From the IMG/VR virus record IMGVR_UViG_3300032269_001237, positions 1 to 36,024 of that record: a stretch of 36,024 nucleotides of DNA; one strand, written 5' to 3'. This stretch comes from a virus. Taxonomy: Duplodnaviria; Caudoviricetes. The translations under genes and the position numbers were made by a program. The notes below the pieces were generated by a model. The model searched no databases and was not told the DNA's origin. It saw only the letters and a program-made list of their open reading frames with translations. Every line of letters begins with the position of its first letter. The stretch's first letter is position 1. Shown piece after piece: positions 7,333 to 15,872 of the stretch.

Positions 7333-7581
7333 ATGACAAAAATAAAAACCCGATTAAGAGAACCGGAATGGAAAGCAGCTTGTGTGACTGAGACGTGCAA
7401 AAATATCTCGGGTCATTCCTCGGGGCTTTGTCAGAAGTGTAGAACGGTTGAATGCGGAATCTGTGGCGGGGCGTTAGTCAAGCAATCCTTAGGTTCTAAA
7501 AATACGAGATGCGCTCAGTGCAACCGAAGCAAAACAAGAGAAGTCAAAACCCCTGAACTCAAAACAAGGCTTCGGGGTTAA
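7333..7581 (+). CDS. Cys-rich zinc-binding protein
   Basis: C-x4-C, CQKC, CGIC, CAQC; start taken as ATG 7333 (ORF track 7243). Confidence 0.55.
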   Translation: MTKIKTRLREPEWKAACVTETCKNISGHSSGLCQKCRTVECGICGGALVKQSLGSKNTRCAQCNRSKTREVKTPELKTRLRG

Positions 7582-7583
7582 CC

Positions 7584-8009
7584 ATGGCTAACGAAACGGC
7601 GGTAGTAAGCTCTCTCTTAATGGATCGATCCGAACCGTTGGGGAACTCCCCAGACGCTTCGGGACGGAGAAGACTACACACACTTGTTACTAATACGTCG
7701 GGTGAACCGATCTTTAATCAATTCGTTCCCATTGCAAGTGCAAGAATTACGATTATTTCAGTCTCAGACTCCGCATGGGTAGCTCTGCCCTCTATTCCTT
7801 TTACGGGTCGAGCCTCTCTCATCATTCAAAACACCCACCCGAAGCAAAATCTCTATATTAATTACACCAATACCGCACCCCTACAACAAGGCTTTATTGT
7901 TTACCCCGAAGGCACTAGAGAGTTAGTTCTAGCCGAGAGTGTTCAAGTCTACGGCGTCATGGACGTAGGTTTTACCGCTAATGTGATCGTGGAAGAGGGC
8001 GCTCCGTGA
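7584..8009 (+). CDS. Putative virion beta-sandwich protein (spike-base-like)
   Basis: Beta-rich C-terminal pattern R.SLIIQN....LYI.......G....P; first gene of a fibre cluster. Confidence 0.45.
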   Translation: MANETAVVSSLLMDRSEPLGNSPDASGRRRLHTLVTNTSGEPIFNQFVPIASARITIISVSDSAWVALPSIPFTGRASLIIQNTHPKQNLYINYTNTAPLQQGFIVYPEGTRELVLAESVQVYGVMDVGFTANVIVEEGAP

Positions 8010-8266
8010 GTATTTACGTTAGTAATAACGGACGACGCACGCTTACCGCCGATCGCTGCTTGTATGATCCCACCGGTACGGGACTAGCCAGTCAAAACAC
8101 ACAAGATGCTATTAGTGAACTTGCCTCTCTCAATGGGGCGGGTAAAGATCTCCTCACATTTGAATTTTTTAGATTAGAAGTGATAGACTTGCTCACAAAT
8201 CAGTTTCAGATCGTAACCGATACTGGCATATTGACGGGATTGATAGGGGAGGCGCTTACGCTCTAA
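8006..8266 (+). CDS. Small fibre-associated protein
   Basis: A....YDPTGTGLASQNTQDAISEL motif resembles phage fibre coiled segments. Confidence 0.5.
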   Translation: MSIYVSNNGRRTLTADRCLYDPTGTGLASQNTQDAISELASLNGAGKDLLTFEFFRLEVIDLLTNQFQIVTDTGILTGLIGEALTL

Positions 8267-8269
8267 ATT

Positions 8270-8662
8270 ATGCAGCACATTTATACCGGAACGGCAGCAC
8301 CTACCATCACTCCAAACGGCGTCGGGCATCACTTTGTCGATACATTAAACCGTGCCACCTATATTTCTGTGGGCATCACAAGCCCGCTTGATTGGCTACA
8401 GACCGGAGGAAGCGCTCCTTCCGTCTCTGGCTATCAGGTTCAATACTTCACTCTCACTCTCACGGATGAAACAAATAAAAGTGTCACTCTGTCAAGTACT
8501 CCCACCCAACCCACGCGGACCCTTTTAGATATTCAAGACGGGGGGGGGGCGGCTACCTACGGGAGTGATTTTAGCGTCACGGGTAGCACCGTGTCATGGG
8601 CCGGAGGGCCATTCGACGGGGTTCTTGCGGAAGGTGATATCATTCGAATCGTGTTTTTTTAG
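8270..8662 (+). CDS. Small virion protein with the shared C-terminal beta module; contains a G10 tract
   Basis: GTAAPT..P..VG..F.D motif; C-terminal ...DFSVTGSTVSW.....GVL..GDIIRIVFF. Confidence 0.6.
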   Translation: MQHIYTGTAAPTITPNGVGHHFVDTLNRATYISVGITSPLDWLQTGGSAPSVSGYQVQYFTLTLTDETNKSVTLSSTPTQPTRTLLDIQDGGGAATYGSDFSVTGSTVSWAGGPFDGVLAEGDIIRIVFF

Positions 8663-8726
8663 ACATTAGAAAAAAAACTCCCTAGAATCTTTATCTGTCC
8701 TTTCACTAACCCTAGGGAGATAAATC

Positions 8727-10646
8727 ATGTCGATTAGAAAAAAGTTTGTCGGAAACGCCCAAATTGACGGCGATAAAATCCAGTTACTCAACAATCAAGC
8801 TCTTGCGGCTCAAAACTCAAGCGGATCGGCCATTGAGCTCTTAAAGTTCGATAGCTCAAACAAGCTTCAAATGTTGCAAAGTCCGTACATCGCAGCAGCT
8901 CCCAGTGATGCGCTGCAGCTTGCTAATAAAGGGTATATCGATTCCGCATCCTCCACTCTTCAAACCCAGATTAATGATTCAAAACCATATCATGAGCTCC
9001 ACGTCAATTTAGATTACACCTCTGGCTCAAGCGATGGGTCTATCTACAAGCCTTTTACCTCGATTCAAGCAGCAGTGAATGCAGCATCTGCCTTAGCGGG
9101 TGCTAACACGCATATTATGGTTCATAACCCACGAACCACAACCATTACAGAAAACGTCACGATCAATAACTTCGTTCAAAATTTATTCATCGAGGGCATG
9201 GGGAGCGTTAAAGATGGCAACGCTATCTCTTTGTCTGGTTCGATCACGATTTCAGGAACCTCGATCCGCGTTCGTTTGAAAAACTTCCAAATCTCTAATG
9301 CAGCTAGCGCCTGTCTGACGGTGAACGGCACTCAAGGCCGACATATCTTTGAAAAAATGGCGTTCGTGGGCGGTGGGGGTGTGACCTTAACCGGAACTTA
9401 CTCGAATTGGATTACCTTCCAAGATTGCAGCATTGAAGGTCCTTGCTCAGTCGGCGGTACACCTGCAGCAAATACCTTAGTGTCTTTTTACGGTCTCTTT
9501 GGCGGAGCTTGTGCGCTCACCGTCTCGGCTACCAATGCAATCGTTAGCATGTATGAGACTTATTCCATCTACAGCGTGACCCACTCGGCTGGGACTCTTT
9601 CTCTGAATCGTTTTGGAGGTATTCAATCCACCTTTGCCTCCACTGCAACCTCAAGCAACGGAGCTTTGTTTTTGGCTAACGGCAGCTTGCAAAAAGGGGA
9701 TCTCTCCTTTGCTGCGCTTAATAAATCTGGAACCGCACCGTATCAATTAGTGAATGTGCACCGTAATGAGGCAATCGATACACTCACGGGAGCTCGTATC
9801 AGTTTTGGCCCAACAGCAACCGACGCTTCCTACAAAATGGCCGTAAGTGGTGACTGGACTTCTGCAGTCTCTGCAGTAGCTCCTGGCTTAGATCAACTAG
9901 CAAGCCGAGTGAAATCCGCTGAAACAGCAATTCCTACAAAAATTGCATCTACTGAAAAAGGCGCTAACAGCGGCGTTGCTACACTCGATAGCACCGGAAA
10001 GATTCCGACCACTCAACTTCCGAATCTTGCCATTACAGAAACTTTTGTCGTCAACAGCCAAGCCGCCATGCTTGCTCTGACCGCGCAAATGGGCGACGTC
10101 GCAGTGAGAACAGACGTCTCTAAATCCTTCATTCTAGCAGGCTCTGATCCTTCAGTGCTCTCTAATTGGCAGGAGCTTTTAAGTCCAGCCTCGCCCGTTC
10201 AATCCGTGAATGGGAAAACCGGAACCGTTACCCTCTCCACAGACGACGTCTCCCAGGGAAGTACCAACAAGTATTACACGGCATCCCAGGCTAGAACGGA
10301 CGTCTTGAGCTCTTCCGTAACTTCAGGCGATACGACGCACGCACCTACTGCAGACGCGATTAAAACCTATGTAGACAACGCAGTATCTAATGTCATTGTG
10401 TCTGATATTTATGAACGCTACGTCTTGTCCGGCACCGATATCTCTAACGGATATCTTGACGTGACAAACACGATGAAGGCTACACCCGAAGTAATGATTT
10501 TCCCTGACCGAGTCAACTTATTGCCCACAGATGACTTTACATGGTCTGGAAAAAGGATTGTGTGGAATACTGCAACAGTCGGCCCCGGCGGAGATGCTGC
10601 ATTGGTCGCAGGTGATATTATTCACGTTTGGTATTTCAAAGCGTAA
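8727..10646 (+). CDS. Fibre/spike protein with probable beta-helix domain
   Basis: KPFTSIQAAVNAA beta-helix entry motif; GVATLDSTGKIPTTQLP and VQSVNGKTGTVTL fibre motifs; N- and C-termini paralogous to 27246..28619. Confidence 0.75.
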   Translation: MSIRKKFVGNAQIDGDKIQLLNNQALAAQNSSGSAIELLKFDSSNKLQMLQSPYIAAAPSDALQLANKGYIDSASSTLQTQINDSKPYHELHVNLDYTSGSSDGSIYKPFTSIQAAVNAASALAGANTHIMVHNPRTTTITENVTINNFVQNLFIEGMGSVKDGNAISLSGSITISGTSIRVRLKNFQISNAASACLTVNGTQGRHIFEKMAFVGGGGVTLTGTYSNWITFQDCSIEGPCSVGGTPAANTLVSFYGLFGGACALTVSATNAIVSMYETYSIYSVTHSAGTLSLNRFGGIQSTFASTATSSNGALFLANGSLQKGDLSFAALNKSGTAPYQLVNVHRNEAIDTLTGARISFGPTATDASYKMAVSGDWTSAVSAVAPGLDQLASRVKSAETAIPTKIASTEKGANSGVATLDSTGKIPTTQLPNLAITETFVVNSQAAMLALTAQMGDVAVRTDVSKSFILAGSDPSVLSNWQELLSPASPVQSVNGKTGTVTLSTDDVSQGSTNKYYTASQARTDVLSSSVTSGDTTHAPTADAIKTYVDNAVSNVIVSDIYERYVLSGTDISNGYLDVTNTMKATPEVMIFPDRVNLLPTDDFTWSGKRIVWNTATVGPGGDAALVAGDIIHVWYFKA

Positions 10647-10687
10647 AAAACCAGACTTAATCCTAAAACTTTGTTATTTCTAAAAAT

Positions 10688-10737
10688 GGCTGGATGTCGG
10701 GTGCTCCTAACCTGCATCCAGCCTTTTCTTTTTTTTT
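10688..10737 (+). terminator. Intrinsic terminator ending the displaced fibre module
   Basis: GGCTGGATG...CATCCAGCC stem followed by TTTTCTTTTTTTTT. Confidence 0.8.
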
Positions 10738-10753
10738 ACCTGAATGATTAGAT

Positions 10754-11206
10754 TTGGTTTATCGTAGAGAAGTGAGAAATAAAGCAGGGAGACCTAGACG
10801 ACCATTTGACTGGAACCTGGTAGATAGCCTCTGCATTTTGCAGGCGAGCATTGATTACATTGCAGAGCGCATTCTAATTTCCGAGGGTAAACCCGTAAAC
10901 GCTAAATCAGTCGATACCGCGACCAAGCTCATTCAGAGACGAATAAAAGAGAAATGGGGGATGAATTTTGTCCTCTATACCGAGAAAAAGCTAGAAGGTC
11001 GGAAGATTCAACTAAGACAAACTCAGTGGGAATTAGCAATCAAAAAGCAAAACCCCACCATGGCGATTTGGATGGGTAAAAACTATTTAAATCAATCCGA
11101 CAAGGTCGAGCAGAAGTCAGAAGTAAAGCAAGAGACGACCGAGGTTGTTTATCAAGCGGAATGGGGTTCGACCGCTGAAGTATCGAAATTGAAGGATGAA
11201 AGCTAG
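10754..11206 (+). CDS. terS: Terminase small subunit
   Basis: AGRP, helical region, LR..QW.LA.....TMAIWMGKNYL.Q.DK motif; overlaps terL start; start codon uncertain. Confidence 0.75.
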   Translation: MVYRREVRNKAGRPRRPFDWNLVDSLCILQASIDYIAERILISEGKPVNAKSVDTATKLIQRRIKEKWGMNFVLYTEKKLEGRKIQLRQTQWELAIKKQNPTMAIWMGKNYLNQSDKVEQKSEVKQETTEVVYQAEWGSTAEVSKLKDES

Positions 11207-12515
11207 ACTTAGACTTTACTCCCCGCACTCAGCCCAGCTAGCATTCCATAACTCAAATGCCCGCTTCCGTGTCGCGTCCTTTGGCAGACAATCGGGCAAG
11301 TCGACAGCGTGCCTAAATGAAATGGTGAAAAAAGCATGGGAGGCACCCGGCACGACCTATTGGTATATCTCACCCACCTATGATCAAGCCAGGGTTCAGT
11401 ATAGGCGTCTCGTCGGAATGCTTCACACGTGTGATGAATTGCTACTGAAGAAGAATCAAACGGAGCTGAGGATTAAGTTAATTAATAACTCTCAAATCCG
11501 TTTCGTGTCGGGTGAGACCTCGCAAAACCTACGAGGTGAGACTTTGCACGGGGTAGTGATTGACGAGGTACGCGACCAAGCACCCGAGCTTTGGTCTCAA
11601 ATCATCAGGCCGATGCTCACGACCACGAAGGGCTGGGCAGCATTCGTTTCGACCCCACGGGGATTTGACACGTTTTTTGATCTATTCCAAAAATCTCAAA
11701 GCGATTCAGAATGGGCTAGTTTTCACGCTCCCTCGACGTGTAATCCTTTGTTCACCCAAGCAGAGTACGAAGCGGCAAAGTCAGAGTTGAGCGAGGCTAT
11801 TTTTGATCAAGAGATTAACGCAAACTTTAGGGATATCCACAATGGCTCGGCCTATATCAATTTTCACGCCCAGAACTTGGTGGACTCAAGTCCATTCACT
11901 CGCGACGGTGATTATTCCCCTTATTTGCCCATACTCGTCGGAATGGATTTTAACTTGTCTCCTATGTCTTGGGTACTGGGTCAAGAGCGCGCCGGGCAGT
12001 TTTATTTCTTCGATGAGATCTATCTCGAGCGCTCCCACACGCAAGAGGCAGCCTTAGAGTTAGCCGCACGATTGAGACAGTTCAATTTGCAATGTCAGGT
12101 GAAGGCTATTCTAGTGGGAGATGCTACCGGGAAGGCAGGCCAACGCGCTGCGATGGGTAGGTCAGATCTTGCTATCGTGGAAGAGATCCTCACTCAAGCG
12201 GGTATCCGATACGAGAATAGAACCCCGGATAGTAATCCTTTAGTCTCAGACCGGGTTAATGTGGTGAATTCCAAATTTAAGGACGCAACTGGACAAGCTC
12301 ATATCTTTATTCATCGAACGAAATGCCCGAAACTCATTCGAGATTTGCAGCGCGTCGTCTGGAAGCAAGGCACTAGTGCGCTACCGAAATTAGATCAAAG
12401 CTCAGATCCAAGCTTAACTCATATGAGTGACTCAATGGGTTATCCCATTTGCGCTTTATCTCGAATGTGGATACCCTCGGCGGGGGGGCTCAAAGTGATC
12501 CCTCGACGTTACTAG
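11196..12515 (+). CDS. terL: Terminase large subunit
   Basis: Walker A GRQSGKS, Walker B VVIDE, coupling motif STPRG, nuclease GMDFN and HMSDSMGY. Confidence 0.95.
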   Translation: MKARLRLYSPHSAQLAFHNSNARFRVASFGRQSGKSTACLNEMVKKAWEAPGTTYWYISPTYDQARVQYRRLVGMLHTCDELLLKKNQTELRIKLINNSQIRFVSGETSQNLRGETLHGVVIDEVRDQAPELWSQIIRPMLTTTKGWAAFVSTPRGFDTFFDLFQKSQSDSEWASFHAPSTCNPLFTQAEYEAAKSELSEAIFDQEINANFRDIHNGSAYINFHAQNLVDSSPFTRDGDYSPYLPILVGMDFNLSPMSWVLGQERAGQFYFFDEIYLERSHTQEAALELAARLRQFNLQCQVKAILVGDATGKAGQRAAMGRSDLAIVEEILTQAGIRYENRTPDSNPLVSDRVNVVNSKFKDATGQAHIFIHRTKCPKLIRDLQRVVWKQGTSALPKLDQSSDPSLTHMSDSMGYPICALSRMWIPSAGGLKVIPRRY

Positions 12516-12518
12516 GCC

Positions 12519-12605
12519 GGTCCCGTAGCTCAGAGGTAGAGCATTGCGAATTGTGGGGACGCCCACCGCATAGGTCGCGTGGTTCGAATCCCGCCGGGAT
12601 CGCCA
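12519..12605 (+). ncRNA. tRNA-like RNA with non-canonical anticodon arm
   Basis: Acceptor GGTCCCG/CGGGATC, G discriminator, encoded CCA; D-arm GCTC-AGAGGTA-GAGC; T-loop TTCGAAT; anticodon loop replaced by 18 nt containing a hairpin. Confidence 0.75.
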
Positions 12606-12623
12606 TACCAGAAAGGCGCGTCT

Positions 12624-12704
12624 ATGCTTACTGATCAACAATTTATTATTTTGGTTTTACTTGTCTCTATTTCTTTATTACTGGTACATCCGCCTTGCCA
12701 ATGA
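12624..12704 (+). CDS. 26-aa hydrophobic micropeptide (not in ORF track)
   Basis: MLTDQQFIILVLLVSISLLLVHPPCQ*; GAAAGG RBS; ATGA overlap with ATG 12701. Confidence 0.5.
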   Translation: MLTDQQFIILVLLVSISLLLVHPPCQ

Positions 12705-13813
12705 AAGCACAACCCGCAAATCAAAAAAAAGCCTATGTGAATTTCAGAAACGATGTAGACCGCGCACTCGAGGTGTTACTCAATAAAGCACAAGCCGAAA
12801 TGACTGACATGCTCAGGCACGCTTTCACCCGAGTGGTCGAGATTGTCGCATTTCGCTACACGATGCTAGGCGCTGACAATCTGATGAGCGCAAAGGCTAG
12901 GCATTCCCTCACAATGATCGATCAAGAGATTGATCGGTTATTTCAACCCTTTGCTCATCGTGTCCTGCAAATCATGACAAAGCTCAAAGCTCAAAGCTAT
13001 ACCCTCTCTTTAGTCGGAGAGACTGAAGCCATCGGGCGCGCCATGAATCAGCTCATGCAATTTGACGTAAAACACGGGCAAGCCTTGCAAGCTGCAATGA
13101 AAGGCCGAGACGGAGAGAATCCCGCCTCACGCGTGCAACTCGCCTTTGACCGCATCCGCCGTAAGGTCCTAGACGCAGTTGAGATGTCTATGATTCAAGG
13201 AGAGGATACGCAAGCAACCCTTGAGCGAGTGCTGAAGGCATTACCTAAAAAGCGCCTGATTAAAAAACCTAAACGCCAACTTAAACCCATTCCCCTACAA
13301 GAAGCAGATAAGCCCGAGAAGATTAGCCTCTCCCAGGGATTCGTCTCAGATGAGGAATGGGCGCAAATCGTAGATGACTACATGACGGAGTATGTCCCCA
13401 CTGGCCGCGGGCCCGAGGATGTGTTTGACCTACCTGACCCCGAGGGTGGACCTGATTTAGAAGAGCGCTACGGGTGGAAGTTAGAACAAGAGATGACGGA
13501 TGGGTTTGTTAGAGAAGTCCGTCATGGTCAGGAAAGCGCAGTCGCTGAATTAGCTCAAAAACTCGGGATTACTGATTTCGTTTGGATTGCTCTAGTCGAT
13601 GATAAAACCGATGAGTGCTGTACATGGCGCGACGGTTTGACTTCTAAAGAGATCGAGGCAAAACTAAGGGGCGAGCATAAGGATGATGAGTGTAGAGTTA
13701 TGGTGCCTCCCGCTCATTTCAACTGCCGTTGTACGATGGCCCCGATGCTAAAAGATATGCCCGAGATGGAACCGAGCAACGCACAAGATTTTGAGGATTG
13801 GTTAAATTCATGA
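12701..13813 (+). CDS. Minor head morphogenesis protein (SPP1 gp7 / Mu F-like)
   Basis: C-terminal W.A..DD.T..CC...DG...PPAHFNCRC motif. Confidence 0.8.
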   Translation: MKAQPANQKKAYVNFRNDVDRALEVLLNKAQAEMTDMLRHAFTRVVEIVAFRYTMLGADNLMSAKARHSLTMIDQEIDRLFQPFAHRVLQIMTKLKAQSYTLSLVGETEAIGRAMNQLMQFDVKHGQALQAAMKGRDGENPASRVQLAFDRIRRKVLDAVEMSMIQGEDTQATLERVLKALPKKRLIKKPKRQLKPIPLQEADKPEKISLSQGFVSDEEWAQIVDDYMTEYVPTGRGPEDVFDLPDPEGGPDLEERYGWKLEQEMTDGFVREVRHGQESAVAELAQKLGITDFVWIALVDDKTDECCTWRDGLTSKEIEAKLRGEHKDDECRVMVPPAHFNCRCTMAPMLKDMPEMEPSNAQDFEDWLNS

Positions 13814-15489
13814 TGCACATCAACAAACTTAAAATCGATCAAAACGTCGTCGATGAATACCATCCCCTATCGAGCGAAGAGAAAACTCTTTTAGAGTCTC
13901 AAGCCGATCTAGTCAAAGCCTTAGAATCCGACCCACACGCTGAGATTGACGCTCGCGTGATTGCTTTTGACCCAGTGACCGGCAAAACCGGAATGAAGCG
14001 AATCGGCAAAGCTGAGTTTATTGAGAGCTCAAAACTACCCGATGCGACGTTTGAGGGTGTGAGACTGAGAGAGGGGATTGACTCCTATTCTACAGATGTA
14101 GGGGATCTCCCCAATACGGGTTTTGTTGGGGGTGAAGACTTTGTACCTCTCTTGGGCGGAGCTTTTTACAGACAGCTTTATCAACTCGATTATATCAAGC
14201 AAGCGAACGCCGCTTTCTATGCCTATAATCATGACCCTCTTGCGCACGCGAGCGTAAACATTTTGTCTGATTTCACACTGGGACGTGGTTACCGGGTGGA
14301 CAGTGATAACGCTGCAGCTCTTGCTCTTTGGCGGGCATTTGAGAAGGTGAACCGTCTCCCGGAACAAATGCTACAAGTTTCTAAAGAAATCGCAATTTAT
14401 GGCGAGAGCATGATTTGGTGGCTGCCTGATAACAACACCAAGATCGTGCAACGCCCGTACCCTGGGCAGGTCATCCCTAAAGGGCTCATCCCAAGAATCA
14501 GACTCATTGACCCGACTAATATCTACGAAGTAGTCACCCAACCCGAAGATATCACGTCTGCTCTATTCTATGTGTGGCTAGCTCCAACTCAGTATCAAGT
14601 CTACTCGGGGTTAGAAAAAAACATGAACGTGCCTACGGCTAAGTTTATTTTCCAGCAAATCCCAGCCGATCAAATGAATCACTACAAGGTAAATTCAGTT
14701 TCAAACGAGAAACGCGGTCGGTCTGATTTATTTCCAGTCATGGGCTATTTAAAACGTCTTAGAGACTCCGTGAACTATTCAATTATCGCTCTACAAAAGC
14801 AATCAGCGTTCTGTGTGGATACGATTGTCCGAGGCTCTCAAGCCGACCTGCAAGCGTATATCGATGATCAACAATCCTACGGCACCATTGCACCGGCTGG
14901 CTCTGAGTTTGTTCATACCGACGCAATTGAGCGAAAGTACATGGGTGTGGAAGGCGGCAAAGGTGGACACTCAACAGCTTTTGAATGGGCGTTCTCCATG
15001 TTTTGCGCGGGTATTGGAATCCCTACCTCTTACTTCGGCACTCACTTATCAGGCGGGCAGACTAGAGCCTCTGCAATTGTAGCGACTGAGCCAGTAGCAA
15101 AACGATTTGAGCAACGTCAGCAAGTTTTTGAACGGATGCTACAAGACCAATGGGATAGACTCATGGAGTGGGCGGGGCTAGGCTCTGTAGAATGCGAAAT
15201 CTCATTTCCTGAGCTCATCACGCAAGACAGAAGCCAGAAACTAAAAGACCTAGCTTTGGCCGAGTCTCAGCGGTGGTTATCCAATAAGACAGCGGGCTCA
15301 TTAGCCGGTAAAGAATTTGGCATTACCTCCTATGAGTGGGAGATGGAGCAAGAAGAGATCGACAAGGAACACTCTGAGGGCATTGAAGTAGCCCCTTTAA
15401 CTTCGCCAGGGATGAGCACACCTAAACCCGATTCCGCACCTCAAGCGGTAACCGGGACAGAAAGGAAAGCAATTAAATCCTATGGCTGA
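13810..15489 (+). CDS. Portal protein
   Basis: ~560 aa between terL and protease; portal-like N....EKRGRSDL.P motif and C-terminal helices; ATGA overlap with the previous gene. Confidence 0.8.
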   Translation: MMHINKLKIDQNVVDEYHPLSSEEKTLLESQADLVKALESDPHAEIDARVIAFDPVTGKTGMKRIGKAEFIESSKLPDATFEGVRLREGIDSYSTDVGDLPNTGFVGGEDFVPLLGGAFYRQLYQLDYIKQANAAFYAYNHDPLAHASVNILSDFTLGRGYRVDSDNAAALALWRAFEKVNRLPEQMLQVSKEIAIYGESMIWWLPDNNTKIVQRPYPGQVIPKGLIPRIRLIDPTNIYEVVTQPEDITSALFYVWLAPTQYQVYSGLEKNMNVPTAKFIFQQIPADQMNHYKVNSVSNEKRGRSDLFPVMGYLKRLRDSVNYSIIALQKQSAFCVDTIVRGSQADLQAYIDDQQSYGTIAPAGSEFVHTDAIERKYMGVEGGKGGHSTAFEWAFSMFCAGIGIPTSYFGTHLSGGQTRASAIVATEPVAKRFEQRQQVFERMLQDQWDRLMEWAGLGSVECEISFPELITQDRSQKLKDLALAESQRWLSNKTAGSLAGKEFGITSYEWEMEQEEIDKEHSEGIEVAPLTSPGMSTPKPDSAPQAVTGTERKAIKSYG

Positions 15490-15862
15490 TTATAAAGAAC
15501 GCATCGCATCGGTCACAGACCCGAACGAAGTACTCGAGAATCCCCACTACTACGGTCTACCCACGTTTGAGGAGTTTGCAAAAGACTCTGAAAAATACAT
15601 TGGGCGCGAGGATGACGCTTTTGCTCAAGTCGATGCGGGCTCAAAACAACTTGATAAACATGTCCAGCGGCATATTTATGAGATTGAGGGCTACCGTTGC
15701 AAGACCTTGGAGGAGGTCGAGCGAGTAGCTAAGGCCCAGGGAATTTCTGCAAACGGGTTAGAATATCAACCCCAGGTGATTCCATTAGGCGGCGGGAAGT
15801 GCGATATTTTAGTGAAGTTCGTTTCAAAGGCCGAGCGAGAAAAACGCGCTCAGTGGGGTTAA
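15482..15862 (+). CDS. Hypothetical protein in head module
   Basis: 126-aa ORF overlapping the portal stop. Confidence 0.65.
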   Translation: MADYKERIASVTDPNEVLENPHYYGLPTFEEFAKDSEKYIGREDDAFAQVDAGSKQLDKHVQRHIYEIEGYRCKTLEEVERVAKAQGISANGLEYQPQVIPLGGGKCDILVKFVSKAEREKRAQWG

Positions 15863-15872
15863 GGGGATAGGC

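Noticed and set aside
12546-12562. Canonical tRNA-His (TT-GTG-GG loop)
   Set aside because: That fold gives only 3 bp in the anticodon stem and misplaces the arm; the discriminator is G, not the C typical of bacterial tRNA-His
12449-12641. 61-aa ORFs on both strands across the terL end
   Set aside because: They overlap terL and the tRNA-like element, which explain the sequence better
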